DNA of 64,000 nucleotides from the human T2T-CHM13v2.0 reference genome, Homo sapiens: the NCBI RefSeq assembly GCF_009914755.1, contig NC_060939.1, one strand, 5' to 3'. Under the pieces are notes generated by a model. The model did no database searches and had not been told where the DNA came from. It saw only the letters and a program-made list of their open reading frames with translations. Shown here piece after piece: positions 13,260-30,700 of this stretch (the first letter of the stretch is position 1; each line of letters opens with the position of its first letter). The translations under genes were made by a program, and so were the position numbers.

Positions 13260-15974
13260 TAGGTTTTCCTAGGAAGCTAACAGGATTATTTCATGTGGCT
13301 TCTGCAGCACCTGCCAGATGTTGACTTACTATGCTAATGTATGAAGAGAAAAGTGCACCTAGATTAGGTGAGCTTTAAATGAACAAATTTGTATTTTTCT
13401 CTAAGTTTTGGAGTAGGATTTAGGGGGTGGGACATGATTAATGTGAAGAAAGTGAGCCCTGTTCTCCCAAATATCAATTAAGAGAAAAAGAAATGTTCAT
13501 TCTTAGGGCACAATGTGAAGTTTAGAAAAATAGCAGTATGAGGGCTAGCACCATGAGCAGAATGTTTACCAGGAGAGTTTTTTGTTGTTCTCGTTCTAGA
13601 ACTCACAGCTTTTTAAATAGTGACAAAAATGTGCAGTACTAGTGAAGTCTGGAAGATGTTATGAATTGACTTAAAAGCAAGAATCTGGAGTCTCCATCAG
13701 TCATAGCTTTCAGTAAAGTTCTTAAGTTCCAAACAAACCAGAAAAACAGGAACATAGTGCAGCTGAGCAAGCAGTTCAAGGCACAATGCAGTGAAGACAT
13801 TTTGCTCTTCATACAAGCAGCCATGGCAGTGTTGTATTTTCCAAGTCCATACTGGACAGTCAGCCTGTTTCCTTCTCTAGGATCTTCTCTGAAGGAATTC
13901 TTGGTATTTCTGCCATAAATCTGTAAATTAGAACTAGCCTACCAGTTTTCTAGACCTTTAAAGCAAGCAAAGAGAAACTTTTTTCCTCACTTATCTCTTT
14001 GGCAATGTCTGCTTCAAGACCCCACTCTGATACTACACCTGGATGCCTTGGGCAAGAACCAGCTCTCTCACCCTTAGCCCCCGGGGAATCCTGCTAGGTA
14101 GTACCACTCCCTGGCCTGCATGGGAGTGCCCTGCTTGTATCAGAATGATGTGTTGGGGGAGGCTGTCTAACTTCCGTCATGGTGAAACAGGCAGATGCGC
14201 CTTTCAATCCCAGCTCTACCACTTGATAGCTGTGGAATCTTGGACTTCGGAAGGTTATTGAAGTCTCAGTAAAAGGGTAATATTAGCACCTACTTCATAG
14301 CACGATTGTGAGAATAAGATCCATAAAACACATATCACTTACAAATACCACATAAGTATACAGTCAATATGAACTGTTTTACTCTGTAACTAGACTGTAA
14401 GGAAGTGTAGGAACTGTGTGTCTTCATGTTTGGACCCCAAGCATTGAGCACAGTGCCCAGCCCATTCCTTGTGATCTTTTTGTTACCTGAACTGTGCAAG
14501 AGAAATAGAGATTCTGCAGCATGAATATTTAAACCCACAGCAAAGGAAGCCTGCAGTCATTCAAATTCATTAAAATCTATTTATTTTAATTTAACAGTTG
14601 ATGATCTACCATGTGTAAAGTTATCTTATTAAATTATAATTCACTGTGAAGTCTTATTTTGTAAAAGGTGAATAGAAAGACAGTGACTTTGTAAGAGAGT
14701 TAATGGAGTCTGTGTGTTTGTGTGTATTTAAAGAAGCTAGCACTTAAAAATTTATTACTCTGAGAAAGTGGTTGAAGGGTTCTCTTTGTAAAAAGCATCA
14801 TGTAGGTAATTTAAATTCATTTTAAGAATTATTTTGGAATACACTGTAAATTATTCTGAATTTATTACTAAGAAGCCCACATTTTATAGTATTTAAAGCA
14901 TTGTAATTATGACTAATAATATCTCTGATTTATTGAACTATGATAATTGGTTTAACATTGATAGAGCATTCCAAATAATTTATTTTGATTGATTGCTTTG
15001 ATGTTGTTGTTTCTTTTGCCCCATCATTTTGTTGATGAGAATATACCATTCACCTTTTGATAAAATAAATGAATTTCATACTGGTCAGCATGAAGTAAAC
15101 ACAGATCCTGTTCTGTCCTCTCCTGTGCTGTCATTCCATGCTTGCTTTTACAGTATGGTTAAAAGGGCAGTAGCCTGAATACACAGGAGCTTTTTGTTCC
15201 ATTTTCAGCCATGTGGACTGTGTATGCCAGAGCCTTGAGGTTATAAGCAAACAAACAAACAGAATTGGAGCTTGTGCAGGACTCCTAGATTTTGCTAATT
15301 TCTAAGTCAGAAACTTTGATCTGTGAGTTTGGAAGAAAAAAAGGAAATATTTTGGACACAATACAGTACTTTAAAAAGCCACATGAAAAAGTTCTTTGTG
15401 GCTGTAGCATCTGTACGACGGACAGCTTCCTTGCGTTATAGATTTTACATACTGAGCAATTTTGCACAGGAACTTTAAAAATATTATTGCGTGATGTATC
15501 TATTGTAAGGTATCGGTGCATTAATAGTAATTAAAGGAAGAAAACAAACCGCCCCAGTGGTTAGTACACGAGTGATCTCTTCCAAAGTTAATTATTGAGT
15601 GAAGGGTTTTTTATCTTAAGAATATAAGAAACATCTCAAAGCCTTTTCATGAAGTACACGTTCGTATTTCAGCCTCATAATGATTACGAATGCCATTCCA
15701 TTGTGCTTGGGGGTTTTTGCCAGCCGACTGCCTTCTGGCCAGGTTCACGCTCTCAAGAGGCCATCACAGCATCGCCTTTACAGCCTGTGACCTTGCCCGG
15801 CGCTGCGGTGTCCTGGCCTCCCCACCAGGCTGTGCTGTGCCAACTAAAACAGCAGAGCTGCCTGGTTCTCTTCATCATCCTGCTGGTTCTCTTCATCATC
15901 CCACACTGTTTTGTGATCTCCTCTTTGTATTCAGAAGCAAGAGGTAAAAGACTAAGATGTATCGAGTACCAATT

Positions 15975-16180
15975 ATTTTGCCAGGAATAAAGCTGGGCAC
16001 TATATACGTTGTTTAATCTTCATAACAGGTCTGTGAGAAAGGTACTCTTATCCCCTTGTTGCACTGGAGGAAGCAGGCTCAGAACATTTCATTTCCCTTC
16101 ATGTCAGGAAGCAGTTAGTAAGTGAGGAAGCAGGATTCAGACTCAGTTCTGACTCCATCACCCACTGCATTGTCTAATTT
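15975..16180 (-). mobile_element. MIR SINE; further MIR relics at ~14180-14335 (+), 16810-17050 (-), 36425-36640 (+), 41800-42010 (-)
   Basis: MIR core motifs (cagatgaggaaact, gtgagaattaaatg). Confidence 0.65.
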
Positions 16181-17789
16181 CAGTACTGCCACTCCCCACT
16201 CTATATCAGATTGTGTATTTGGAAAGTTTAAGTGTCTGTATTACATACTCATGTCCATGAGGCATTATGCTGGCTAATGTATAATACATCTGAACAGAGC
16301 AGATACTGATTTTCTTTCAGCTTTAACATAAAATAGTCTATTTCATGGTGGGCATATATAAAAAACTACCTTCCTCAGAATAGCCAGGAGGTGCAAACTG
16401 AATTATGTGGAATATTGAAAAGCTAAGACAAGATCTGAACCTAATAGCATTTTTAAATTATCAACTCATTTTTTCCTATAAAATTAACATAGGGAAAGAA
16501 GACTAAACTATGTAAGAAGTAGCAAGTGTCAGCTCTTATTTAACTGTATTGTATGATCTTTGCATGTCACCTCATTTAATTTGCATAAGCTCTTTTTGCA
16601 GTATAGAGAAAAGAGGTGCTTCCTCTGTCATGTCCCATTTTGTGCCCTTGGTTTGAGGGGATGAATCATTGTCTCTAGAGGCCGCTGCCTCCAACTCTTC
16701 TCTGTGCAATTAAAGTATAGAAAAGTGTTACTACCATTTGCTGCATGCCAAAGAGAATTCTCTCTTAACTGGCCTTCTTCTACTGTAGGCCGTACTTCCA
16801 AATATGTCACTTACTAATAATGAGAACAGTAACTGCCATATATTGGAGAAGGTTATGTGCCAAGAATGCTATTTGATAATTTGTAAACCTTGTTAGCAAT
16901 TCTCACTAAACCTGAGGACAGCTTTATTTTCCCCATTATACAGATGAGGAAACTAAGCCGCACATTTAGTAAATAGAACAAGGATTCAAACCCCAGTTGT
17001 CGGACTCCAAGACTGTGCTCCTGCTCTCTTAACTAGTATGCCACACCCCTTACCATTGCATATACCCAGGTAAAGAGTATTTTCTGCTTTCTGTGAGCCC
17101 CCTAGGGGCTCTGAAAGACAAATCTGAGACCAGAGATCATTTGCATTTTATCAACGCAGTTTTATTTTGAAAAAATATTCCAAAGTGTTCTATGTACCTT
17201 TGAAGTCTTCTATTTGTGGCTATAGGACTTGTTGAGCACCTTTTCATCTACCTGTTGGCCTTTCATATATGTTCTTTGGAAAAATGTCTGTTTAGATGCT
17301 TTGCCCATATTTCAATCGATTGTTTTTCTTCTATTGAGTTGTAAGAGTTCTTTATGTATACCAGAGAAGTAGTGAAGAAATTTAAAATAGGAAATCTTAG
17401 TGCCTTGTTGAGGCCTTTTTTATGCAAGTGGATTCTGGTATTTATAGTTTTCCCATCTATATTTTATAAATGTATTGCCTTTTATACCAATAGATATGTC
17501 CATGCATGTTTACTTAAGTTAACAGTATGCAATATTTTGGTAATTCTCTAGGCTGATGCTTAAAAAACATATTGTATGGTGATTTAAATATCACAATTTT
17601 TTTAAACATTCAGTGACCTTGCAACCGATAAGATTGAGGGACCAGGTACTGTTACACCATTTAACATATGAGCAAACAGAAGCTCTGCTCACATGCCTTG
17701 TAAGTGAATAGTCAGACACATGAGTCCTCTTATCCCCACAGTGTGCAAATTATTCTCTTCAGTGACTTACTTCTAGGTTAACGCCTCTC

Positions 17790-18212
17790 TTTTTATTTTT
17801 TTTTTAGCAGGGTCTCGCTCTGTTGCCCAGGCTGGAGTGCAGTGGTGTAGTCATGGCTCACTGCAGCCTTGAAGTACTGGGCTCAAGTGATCCTCCTGCC
17901 TCAGCTTCCTGAGTAGGTGGGACTCTAGACATGGGCCACAATGCCCAGCTAATAGTCATTTGTTCATTCATTCATTCATTCATTCATTCATTTGTTTTGA
18001 GACAGGGTCTTGCTCTGTCACCCAGGCTAGCGTGCAGTGGTGCAGTTGTGGCTCAGTACAGCCTGGAACTCCTGGGCTCAAGTGATCTTTCTGCCTCAGC
18101 CTCCTGAGCAGCTGGAACTATAGGCATGTGCCACCACTCCCAGCTAATTGTTTTGTAGAGACAGTATCTTGCTGTTTCCCAAGCTGATCTTAAACTTCTG
18201 GCCTTAAGTGAC
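17790..18212 (-). mobile_element. AluJ right arm + (TTCA)n + second, truncated AluJ
   Basis: Two antisense right arms with AluJ diagnostics (gggctcaagtgatc) separated by a TTCA tetranucleotide run at ~17963-17992. Confidence 0.85.
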
Positions 18213-18249
18213 TCTTGTTTACTTTTGTTTTATGATAAATTACATTTTA

Positions 18250-18680
18250 ATACAATAAGAAATAAAATTAATGCAGAGTAATCCGTGGTAAACAAAATAG
18301 CAAAAATTTGAATCAAGACAGGATCTGGCAATGCCGTGTTGAGACATTTGAAGCCTAAGGCAAAAGGAAAAATGTGCACTCCTGTGATTTTTTTCTAGAA
18401 CATTAATTTTTTTAGGGCATTAAAGTACTTGAAAAAATATCAAAAACTGAAAGTAGATGTATTAAAACTTGACATTATTCTAAGTTTAAATATTTTGTTT
18501 ATACTAAAGCCAGAATTCATTGTAAATTTACTTCTCTAGCTTTAATGGAAGCACACTCATCAAAAATATTTTCATTACAACCATTACCTATTAAAAAAAT
18601 AAATAAAAACCTGTATGCGGGGTACACATTTTTCCTTTCCAAATTGCATGACCTCTGTTCAGTGTTATTTTCCATTGAAG
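18250..18680. mobile_element. Probable hAT-Tip100 (Zaphod/MER91-like) fragment
   Basis: gcctaaggcaaaaggaaaaat motif recalled from MER91/Zaphod; not verified. Confidence 0.4.
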
Positions 18681-18699
18681 AAGTTTGTGTGTATATATA

Positions 18700-20995
<2,296 letters not shown>

Positions 20996-21139
20996 TCTCT
21001 TTTATTTTTTACATATTTTCAGCTCAATTAACACCACGGTTATTCTCTTCTGGAATCTGCACACTTTATAATTGTTTTTATCTTCTAGTCTTAGAGATCT
21101 TTTTTTGGTGTACTGGAGTAAAAATGGACTAAAAAGTTC

Positions 21140-22120
<981 letters not shown>

Positions 22121-22595
22121 GTGGTTCCTTTTTGTAACTGGGCAGGATGATTGTAGTAAGACCAGCAGGAAGTAATGTTAACCCACCCTACCCTCTCCCA
22201 CAGGAACTCTTTCTTACCTTAACTTTATATTACGCTCCTCCTGCTTTCTGGGACAAATTGTCCAGAACCCATTTGTGAAGCAAAAGACCTTCAACCAGCC
22301 TCTCTAATAGCAGTGATCGTATTGTATTACAGTTACTGTTTTTCCTGTTTCCACATCGGTTATGCTGTATTCATAGCTACATTTCCAAGGCCTAGCACAG
22401 TGCCTGAAGGTCCTTAATGGTTAAATGGGTTTTCATTTGCAATGTAAATGAATCTAAAAACCTCCTGATTCAGCTGTCTGGGCCTTTGACTTTCCTAAAC
22501 TAAAGAAAGATGAGGAGGAGGAGCTCTCCTTCAGCCTATCTTCTATGTTTGTAAGCAGAACCCTAGAAAACCTTTCAAAGACTATGTTCTTTCTT

Positions 22596-22912
22596 TTTTC
22601 TCTCTCTCTTTTTTTAAAACTTTTAGTCAGGGTCTGGCTCTGTTGCACAAGCTGGATGCAGTGGAATGATCTTGGCTCATTGCAGCCTCGACCTCCCAGG
22701 CTCAAACGATCCTTTCACCTCTCCTGAGCAGCTGGAACTAGAGACACATGCCAGCACACCTGGCTGATTTTTTTGTATTTTTTTGGTAGAGATAGGGTTT
22801 CACCATGTGGCCCAGACTGGTCTTGAACTCGTGGGCTCTAGCAATCCGCCTGTCTTGGCCTCCCAAGGTACTGGGATTACAGGCATAAGCACCACCACCC
22901 CCCACCCCTGCC
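22596..22912 (-). mobile_element. AluJ
   Basis: Antisense Alu; TSD tatgttctttctt (22583-22595 / 22917-22929). Confidence 0.88.
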
Positions 22913-23520
22913 ATATTATGTTCTTTCTTAAGAGCAGATGGTTAGCAAGACTGCTCAGGACTCTGTTGTGTACCTCTGTGACAATAAAGACAAATAGCCC
23001 TAGTCAGTGAGTGCTTAGGAGCGGAGAGGAGAGCTGGTCGGACATTCCTGGGCACATGGGAAGGGATGGCCTGTATATCTGAGAAGTGTCTCCACCACCT
23101 GTACTTGCCGGGAATCTCCATCCGTACTTTCAGCCTTATTTCCTCACTGGATCCTCTTCCATTCTTTGCCCTCTCACTGCCCTGCTACCTCTGGGAAATA
23201 CCTGAATTCTGCCTCTTTCTGACATTCTTGTTACTGTTGTAGGCCCTTCTTTTGGGGCCCCCTTTCTCAACTTCCTCCCTTTCTAGGTTCATACCCACTC
23301 CAGCTCCTGCTCTCTGGCCCTTAAGTCTTGTCTATGCCACTGTCACACCTCACGGGACTGGGATTTGGGTTCTGCTTCACTTCTTCCTCATGAGGAAGTT
23401 CTGTCTATTCCTACATCTGCCTGGATCTTCAGACTCCTGCCTAGCCAGTGCCTGATCCCTAATCCTCCTCCATCCACCTTTGCCCATGGGAGGTGAGACA
23501 CAGGAAATCTCTGTATAAGG

Positions 23521-23996
23521 TGTTAAAGAAAAAGTTATTCAGTGGCACTTGTTAAAGCATAGTAAGGAAGACTTTATTTGAGACCATCAGCCTAGGTACA
23601 GCAACCACTGCAACTGGGTCTTGTAGTTGGGGAAAGAGATTGGGCCAGCTCTGAATATAACGTGGGCAAGTAGGAATTTACAGCCAAGGAGCAAGGTGGT
23701 CATTGGATGGAAAATTGCTCAGAGGCAACATCAGGAATAAGGAGACAATATGTAGTTCTGGCAAGAAAAGGGATGACTGACCAAATAGAATTCTTGCTGA
23801 AGACAGGCCAGGGTGATTAGACCAAGGAGATGGGGGAGAAAGGAGGAACCCAATCAGATATCCCAAGTGAGGGGTTCTTGCTAAACTGACTTAGCAGAGT
23901 TCTTTGCTAAAACTGGATTTTACAGGGTCCACACGTGGACCTAGAAGAAGGTTTAGGAACCTGACTAAAGTTTGGCCAAGCAAAGAATCTGTATCA
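23521..23996 (-). mobile_element. MER31-like ERV1 solo LTR
   Basis: TG...CA ends; reverse complement begins tgatacagattctttgcttggccaaactttagtcagg. Confidence 0.7.
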
Positions 23997-24094
23997 AGGG
24001 GCAGAACTAGGCTTGTTTAGGCTGACCCATAACTTACTTTATATAACACTTTTTATGGTTTTCTTCCAGAGTAGAAATCTTCGAATATTTCTAA

Positions 24095-24277
<183 letters not shown>

Positions 24278-26369
24278 TAAGGCCGATTTCACATTTTGAA
24301 CTAAAAAATAGATTAACTACTTTTGGTACTTCTGTTCAATTTTGTCTTTGCCCTTGATGATATGCTAAACCAGGTATCCTTAGAAACTAAGGATATTGGG
24401 CAGGCAGTTTGGAATATTGCACATTGGGTTCAGTCAGTAAGTTATTATTTTCTAGTCTAAAGAAAAATGAATCCATGTATACCTTTTTTTATTACAGAAA
24501 GAAACACCTTTATTTCCCCCCACACACCCCAGCTTTATTGAGGTAGAGTTGACAAATAAAATTGTAATTATTTAAATGGTACACGTGATGGTTTGATGTA
24601 CCTACCACACATACCGTTATAAACTCAGTGGTGCTAGTCACAGAAAGTAGAGGAATCAGCATTAATTTAGAAGGTTTTCTTTCACTGAAGCCCATTGCCA
24701 TGACAGTTTTACTGCAGTGACAGTCCTAGTGTCTAGGATTTTACCAGTTGGAAATATTTAGAACTCAACATTTGAGATAGTCCCTCAAAATAAATCATGA
24801 TTCTAGCAACCAAAACAGATATTTCAGTTAATGGGCTTTTATTTTCAGAGCAGCAATAATCTTTTCTTTTTAGTCAGGCTTTTAGAAAGATGGCTTCATC
24901 TTCTCCTTCTACAACGCTGGCACAGAACCACCCTAAAGTGTTTCCCTGAGTGGCCAAGGATTAAGATGGGGCCACTCAACCACCAGGACCCACTTGTGAC
25001 TGACCTTCCCTTCCCCACTTCAGCAGCCAAGTGAACACCCCGGGGGCAACCTAATCAGCATGTTTGACTCTCCCCTTCTAGTCCCCATCATCCTGCATGA
25101 CTTGGCCCATGCTATGAGTAGTTCTGGCAAGAAAAGGGATGACAATAAGTGTATACATAGAAGACAGCCATTCCCCCCGTTGGTATAGCACAACTCCAGG
25201 GGCAGTCCTAGGAGTAGTGGCCTTCTTTTAGGAAAACTTATGCAGCTGTCTTGGGAAAGCCCAAGATGAGTTCAGTGCCTATACAGGCTGATGAACTCCA
25301 AGCTGAGAGATGTATTCTGGAACCTTCTGTGAAGCAAAGATAATAGAATAGGTGTTTTTAGCTCAGTGATTTTTCTACAGCTGATTATGTCACAGCTGTG
25401 ATACTATGTAGTCATTAATCCTAATGAGTTCTTAAAGGATCATTAATATAGCCTAATTCTTCCAGGTGGCGAATAAAGTGCCTGCAATCACCATGGTACA
25501 TAGAACGATGCCAGCAAGCTCCAAAGCTGAAGGCACTTTTTCCCACACCAAAACCTTCAGAGACCACACTGAAATGCGATCTGCATCTCTGCCACAATTA
25601 AGGAGTAGCTTTTAAGAAAAAGTGCCTTATACTTTGTCGTTTAGATATAGATGTTATTGACTACTAGAAAGTTCTGTTTGTGCTAAGTAGAGAGATATTT
25701 TTAAATCTTTGACTTGGTGTCTGGTAGCAGTGGTAGTGAATTTCATGAGAACTCCAAATCTTTTTAAAAAAACAAAACACTAGGGGAAAATACACAAATT
25801 ATTAGGTAATAGTCTACTTTTTTATTATTAAACTTTTGTTATAGTAATAGAGAAATAAAATTATTAACAGGATAGTATCAAACAACCAGTTTTCTAATAG
25901 TAGTATTGAGGTAATAAGCAGTCCTACTTACAAATGGCCTATAATCTAAAGGCATTTTTAGCCTGTTGGTTTAAATCAAAACTCGAAATGCTTTCTTCAT
26001 AGAAACAGCTCTGGCCACTGTATTCCTAAGCAAACTCATTAAAGAGTCATTTGACCTATTTTGCACCCCCAAAATTATACTTATAATAATACTTCTATGG
26101 CAAAATGTGCTCAGAATTTTAATAGATGATAACTACTGAAGCTTTGACAACAAGCATTAAGAGTCTTCTTTCTTCTGCCTCTTTTATCTGTTGGATATGT
26201 GAAAAGGGACTTCCCAGTTCCAGTTCAAAGTAGTGTTGCTTAGTGCCTCAGCCTAAAGGAAAGGAGGGGGAAGGGGTAGTAGCACAAGGGCCTGGGGGAA
26301 ATCTAGTAAAAGGACATACGTGTGTTGAAAGCCTAGAAAGTGCCCTTCTTGATTCAGAACACGAATTTT

Positions 26370-26590
26370 GGTCCAGTTGTTCCTTCAGTGAACATTTATT
26401 GAGCAACTACTCTGTTTGGTCACTGTATGAGATAATGGCTGTACAGTGATGAGCTAAGCGATGCAGTACCTGCCCGCATGGACCTTCTGATCTAGCCAGG
26501 GAGTCAAGCAAACCCTAAATAATTTAACAAACTTGGTACTAGTTCTCTTTAAGGAGGTAATATTTAATCTGAGACCTGAAAGATCAACTC
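26370..26590 (-). mobile_element. L2 3' fragment; another L2 at ~31700-32330 (+)
   Basis: aacatttattgagcaactact L2 tail motif. Confidence 0.6.
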
Positions 26591-27159
26591 CCTTCGTTCT
26601 TCACTGCTATCATATGTTGCATCTGACCTAGATGTAGGCTTGGGATATAAGAACAGTTTCTGCTGTGCTGTACAAGCTCTGAAGCAATTACAGTACCCTT
26701 TTCAGATTGAGGGTCTAAGAATTAGAGCAACAACTGAGCAAAATGAACACAGCTTTAGGTACTTGTGGGACAATATAAGAAAAGTCTGAGATATATACGT
26801 ATTTATCTCAGATTCACATCTCAGAGGGAGAATAGAGAGACAATGGGGTATAAAACTTATAAATAGGTATAAAAACAGCAAATAACAAATGTAGCAGTTT
26901 TAAGAAATCTCAGAAGTCTCATAAAATTCTTTTGTATTCATGGAAATGCAAACAAAGTTAGCTTCTTCTTATTCTATGTTTATTTGTCAAATAATTTGTG
27001 AACATTAGCAAATCAGCACAGTGCTAGAAATTGTGGGAAAAACCAAGATAGTTTAAATGTTTATCTTGATATGCAAAAATAACTGTAATACAAATAATAA
27101 ATACCCTAAGAGAGGTAGAGTGATGGAAATGTATAGCATGGAACTGTGTTTTATAACCT

Positions 27160-27302
27160 AGCTTCAAAGCCACACACTGTTGTTTCTGTTATATCCTGTT
27201 GATTACACAGGTCAACCCTATTCACAGTAGGAGGTGACTACATGGAGAGTGACCACTAGGAGCGAGGACCATTGGGGGCCCACTTGGAGACTGGCTGTCA
27301 CA
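27160..27302 (-). mobile_element. Old MLT1 (MaLR) LTR fragment
   Basis: ...ccattgggggcccacttggagactggctgtcaca terminus. Confidence 0.55.
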
Positions 27303-27739
27303 GCTTCATGGCATCTATACTATTTGCTAGCCTCATGGAAAAGAATGATCTTTATTTTTTCTGGGTTTTTCTTGTTATTACAGGAGTAAATGTCCTCAAT
27401 CTTCTACATTGTAGCCAGAAAGAGAGGTTCATCCCATGTTAGAATTTTAGAGAATGGTAATTGGCACATATACTTACTGAGGAGAACTTAATGGTAAAAG
27501 TAATCCTCTACAGGATGTTTTTTCCAATTGTTTAATTATGTAAGAAAAAAAAAAAAAAACCAAGCCACTACTTTGCTTTTTATTGTGTAAATAAGCAATT
27601 ATAGCTGGATTTGTGTCCAAATTGGTTAAATACTATTCTAATGGTTTATTAATATAACCACTGAGAGTAATAGAGTTGTTTGTATGAGAAATGTATTCTG
27701 AGTTAAACCAGTATACTAAAAGTATCCATTTTTATGTAG

Positions 27740-30700
27740 GGGCTGCCTGCCCCCAGTATCGGATACCTGAAACACACTTCAGTGGAGCAGGACCAAAGTG
27801 GCCTGGCTGCAGATGAAAGTACTCAAGTGTGATTGAAACTGTCATTTAAGAGACTGAGTTTGCAGTTTGACGCCCATGAAGTTAGTTGTTGTTAAAACAA
27901 AAATATTAATTACGTTTAAGTGTTAGCGGAATATAAGAGAACCCAGGGTCTCTACAATATAACTTTCACAATATCTAGGAAACGTTCCAAAATTACAAGA
28001 CATGTAAAGAATCAGGAAAATGTGACCCATTCTCAAGAAGAAAGATGACCAGCAGAGACTCCAATTTGAGATGACCCAGATTGTTGAAGTGACAGAGATT
28101 TCAAAGCAACTGTTACAATTATTCTCAATGAAGTAATGAATGAAAAGGCCAGAAAAATAGAGACTAAAAAAAAGGAAATTCTAGAATTGAAAACAGTGTC
28201 TGAAGTAAAAAATTAACTTGATGGACTTCATGGCAGAATGGTTGGAACAGAGGAAATGTCACTGAACTGGAGATAGATCAGTAGAAATGATCCAATCTGA
28301 AGGACACATAGAAAAGACATTGAAAACAAAAATGAACACAGCATCAGGGACCTGCTAGCCAATATAAAAGAATCTTATGCATGTATAATTGGCATCCTTG
28401 AAGGAAAATAGGGAGAGAATGGGTAACGTCAGTAACAAACATGTTTGAAGAAATAATGTTTAAAAATTTCCCAAATTTGATGAGAAACAAATTTACATTT
28501 TCAAGAAGCATAGCAAATCCTAAGCAGTATAAATTCAAAGAAAACCATGCGTAGGCAAAGCTGATGGGTACAAAAGATAAAAAGAAAATTTTGAAAGCAA
28601 CCAGAGAAATAACATTACATACAAAGGAGTAATTCAAAAAGATTGTTAATTTCTCATCAGAAACTTTGAAGTCCAGAAAACAATGCAACTACATTTTATA
28701 AGTGCTAAAGAAAAAAGTCAACTCAGAATTATATAAATACATTCTCAGAACAAAACTTAGCCTTAAGTAGCTCTGCCAAGATGACAGACTCTTTGTCCAA
28801 GCCAAGGTTTATTCTTTCTAGGTGACATAGTTTCTTTCCATCTCCATATCCACTTCTTCCCTTTCCTTTTACTTTTAAGCTGAAGAAAAACTTTTTTGCT
28901 AAAAAGGAGAAGGATAAATCTGTAGTAGCTCCCACAAAAATGCACATGTAGATGACACAGCATACTTTCTGAAGGAGAAAAGATCATTATTTGGGTACTA
29001 TCAAAATTCATACAGCTCTCACTCCCCTCTCAGTCTATTATATATTAATGTCTGTCTCTCCTCACTATAATAGGCCCAGCTCTGATCTTAAGTATGTTCC
29101 TCACAAATGTATATGCTCATATGTACCAAATACACAATTTTTATGGAGGCACAATTTGTAGTAGCTCCACACTACAAACAGCCCAAATGTCCATCATTAC
29201 TGCACAGCAATGAAAATTAATAAACTACAGTACACAAAGCAACATGGATGAATTCCAGAAGTATAATGTTGACAAAAGAAACCAGGCACAGCAACCTTCA
29301 TGCTGTTCAAAAAGGCCAAACCAGACTATAGTGTTAGAATTTGGAATAGTGCTTCCCTTTGGGGTATGGGTTTTGCTTAGCAGTGGGACCCAAGGTGGTC
29401 TTCTGAGGTTCTTGTTCTTGACCTTGGTGGTGATTAGTGTGTTCATCTTGTGAAAATCACAGCAATTGTGACTTGTGTACTTTTCTATATGATTATATTT
29501 TTAAATAATGTTTTAAATATTTTAAAGTTTACCTTAAAATATCGATAATTTATTCAACATTATATTAAAGAAAAACACAATTATATTGGTATGTTAAGAG
29601 AAACTTTTGATGATTTTGTATGATTTCTGATTTTGATGAATTCTGTAGCCACATATAATAATAATTTTTATATTAAATGATGATGTATTCAAACTATGGC
29701 CATTAAAATCAGGAATAGGAGAGGAGTGAGGGCCCACTGTCACCACTGCCATCTGTCTAATGCAATAAGATGGAAAAAAAGGAAATAGACATTATAAATA
29801 CTGGGAAAAAAAGAACCAGAAAGACCTTCATAGGTGATATGCTTGAATACCTAGAAAACTCAAGATATGCTACCAAAAAAAATCTTTCAGACACCTAAAA
29901 GAATTTAGTAAGGTGGCTAAATATAAGATAGCATACAAAGATTAGCAGCTTTTCTTTATGTCTTCGTAAATTAGAAATCAAAGTTAGGGGGAAAATGTCA
30001 TTTATCTTTGTACCACACATTTAAATATACAGTAATAAATATCACAAGAAAGGAACAGAATCTATGTGAAGAAAATTGTGAAATTTTTATTAAAGGATAG
30101 GATATAAAGCACTAGGTGGATAGTACAGAGATACCATGTTTGCAAATAAGGAAATTTATGATCAAATTACCTGTCTTAACATAGAAATCGATGTTAATTC
30201 TAATACAAATCTCTGGAAGGCTTTAGGGAAATAGAGATAAAATAATTGTAAAGTTCAAATTGAATGATAACTGAGAATTGCAAGAAAAAAATTGAACAAT
30301 AATAGTTAGGGCAGACTTGTCAAATGATAGAATCTTCTATAAAGTATTGTAATCAAAACAATATAGAACTGACACAGAATTAAACTGATACATCACTGAA
30401 ACAGACTAAAGACTCCAGAAAGCAATGCCAGTGTATTTGGGAACTTAATAGGATAAAAAGAACAGTTCAATTCAGAGGTAAATGATAGTGTTGTTTAATA
30501 ATGCTACCCGTATTATTTTTCCATTTGGAAAAAAAAAGCTATGTCCTATTTTATATTATATAACCAAGTAAGACAAATAGATAAAACATCTACACGTAAA
30601 GGCCAGGTGCGGTGGTTCATACCTGTAATCCCAGCACTTTGGGAAGCCGAGGCGGGCCAATCACTTGAGGTCAGAAGTTCAAGACCAGCCTGACCAACAT

